Assembly: GCA_045863235.1 (NCBI GenBank)
Contig: BTUM01000101.1
Location: forward strand, 1 to 26,073
Source of the DNA: Candidatus Xenobia bacterium
Lineage (GTDB): Bacteria > Vulcanimicrobiota > Xenobia > Xenobiales > QWHO01
Reading direction: 5' to 3'
DNA: 26,073 nucleotides
The notes under the pieces were generated by a model. That model was not told the origin of the DNA, did not search any database, and saw only the letters and a list, made by a program, of their open reading frames with translations. A program made the translations under genes and the position numbers. Below are positions 24,809 to 26,073 of the stretch, one piece after another. Within the stretch, counting starts at the first letter, position 1. Every line of letters begins with the position of its first letter.

Positions 24809-25834
24809 ATGAAGTTCTACGAGGGAGATGATCGGGTCGCTCTGGTTGAAGAGCTGGGCCGACCAATGCGCCTGGGCCGCTGGAGTGAGCTCGAGGTCTC
24901 TGACCTCGACCGCTGCCAGGCCGCCCTGCGCGAGCAGAACCTGGAGCGCGCCCTCGAATATCTTCCCCACGTCTTCGTGGGCCAAGCGGTCATGCTCAAG
25001 ATCGCTTACGAGTGGGTTCTACGCTGGTTGGCGTTTGCGCCGCCAGAGGCCGTCGCCCCCGGAAACCAGACCTTCGAGGCCAGCCTTTCCGAGCCCGAGC
25101 GCGAGGTGGGTCAATCCATCCTGCATATTCTCACGCCGCAACCGGAATCGGTGTCCGGACCGATGACCCGGCTGGAAGAGCGCTTTCCCTGGCTCGGCCA
25201 GGGCTACGCGCAGGTCGTCGAGGGTGCCAGAAACGGGGAATGGGACAACTCTCACCACGAGTGCGAGCGTCTCTTCCGACTGCACCGCCTGGTCCACGAC
25301 CTCCTGTTCCGCCACTCCTGGGCGCTCATGAGCCAGCTTCCCCAGCCCCTGGTCGAGCAGGGTTTGCGCGAGGTGCTTACTCAGAGCAGCTTCTACGAAG
25401 CCAGTTGGCAGCAGAGCGAGGGAATGACGGCAGAGGAGATCGCGGTGATGCTGGCCGAGCACATGCGCATGCACTTCTCGGGACCCGATGGAACGGGCAA
25501 GGTCACCATTGCCGATCAGGGCGAGAGCATCCTGCTAAGCTTCGACCCTTGCGGCAGCGGAGGAGCCATGCGCCGCAGGCTTGGGGACCAAGCGGTGTTC
25601 GCCAATCTGCCTCATAGCTCGCCCTTGACCTGGGGCCGGGCCGGTGAGGTGCCGGCATACTGTGCTCACTGTGCCGTCAACGAGCTGGAGGCCGTGCGCC
25701 GCCGGGGCCACCTGGTGTGGGCCACCGAGTTCGATCCTGACGCCTCCAGGCCATGCGGCTGGAGGATATTCAAGGATCCTGCGAGGATTCCTGAGGCCTA
25801 CTACCAACGTTTGGGCCTTCGGCCCCCTTCCTGA
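24809..25834 (+). CDS. Hypothetical protein with a Cys-rich putative metal-binding C-domain
   Basis: LVHD, FDPCGSGG, VPAYCAHC, PCGWRIFKDPARIPEAYYQRLG; start set at ATG 24809 (MKFYEGDDR). Confidence 0.75.
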   Translation: MKFYEGDDRVALVEELGRPMRLGRWSELEVSDLDRCQAALREQNLERALEYLPHVFVGQAVMLKIAYEWVLRWLAFAPPEAVAPGNQTFEASLSEPEREVGQSILHILTPQPESVSGPMTRLEERFPWLGQGYAQVVEGARNGEWDNSHHECERLFRLHRLVHDLLFRHSWALMSQLPQPLVEQGLREVLTQSSFYEASWQQSEGMTAEEIAVMLAEHMRMHFSGPDGTGKVTIADQGESILLSFDPCGSGGAMRRRLGDQAVFANLPHSSPLTWGRAGEVPAYCAHCAVNELEAVRRRGHLVWATEFDPDASRPCGWRIFKDPARIPEAYYQRLGLRPPS

Positions 25835-26073
25835 CGGCCTCCTTTCCCGGAGCGGGAACAGGTACTCAGGACCAGGCAAGCCCTCGAACAGCCCATCCGA
25901 AGCGTTTGTTGATTGCCAGTTGATACCCGTCTGTTAGGCTTCCAGAACCATCATTCGGTCGGGGAGGGATGGGGATGATCGCCGGATCAAATCGCCATTA
26001 CCGCATGCAAACACGGTTGTCTGTGTCTCACGAGGTGGTGTAACTTGGGGGACGAGGGGTAACGCTACCTCGC

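Noticed and set aside
25835..26073. RNA gene or element end in the right-hand non-coding stretch
   Set aside because: No tRNA cloverleaf, known ncRNA pattern or terminal repeat could be recognised.

Overview
GC-rich bacterial genomic window with about 22 credible CDS. It opens with a probable IS21-family end (1-55). The left part (267-8871, all + strand) holds a SARP-type wHTH+BTAD regulator, small Gly-zipper membrane proteins, an M4/M36-like metalloprotease, an S8 subtilase and a FAD4/CarF/TMEM189-family desaturase; none of the non-regulator products has a Sec signal peptide and all begin M-x-I/V-T-like. Two non-coding tandem-repeat arrays (86-bp unit; about 22-bp unit) lie in this part. The middle is more ordinary: pseudokinase-FGE, GNAT, trpC, transglutaminase-like protein, SRAP, CDP-alcohol phosphatidyltransferase. 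The right part has a minus-strand cluster of a RUS1/DUF647-like (normally eukaryotic) protein, a duplicated-hairpin membrane protein and a YbjN-domain protein. Most notable: one DNA motif, GTTYAY-N18-ACGYYK-N4-RACR, lies upstream of the regulator, the protease operon, the desaturase and the RUS1-like gene, suggesting an undescribed regulon of exported, partly eukaryote-like effector proteins. The gene style resembles Eremiobacterota/Vulcanimicrobiota, but that is a low-confidence impression. Family assignments come from motifs recognised by eye, not database searches.
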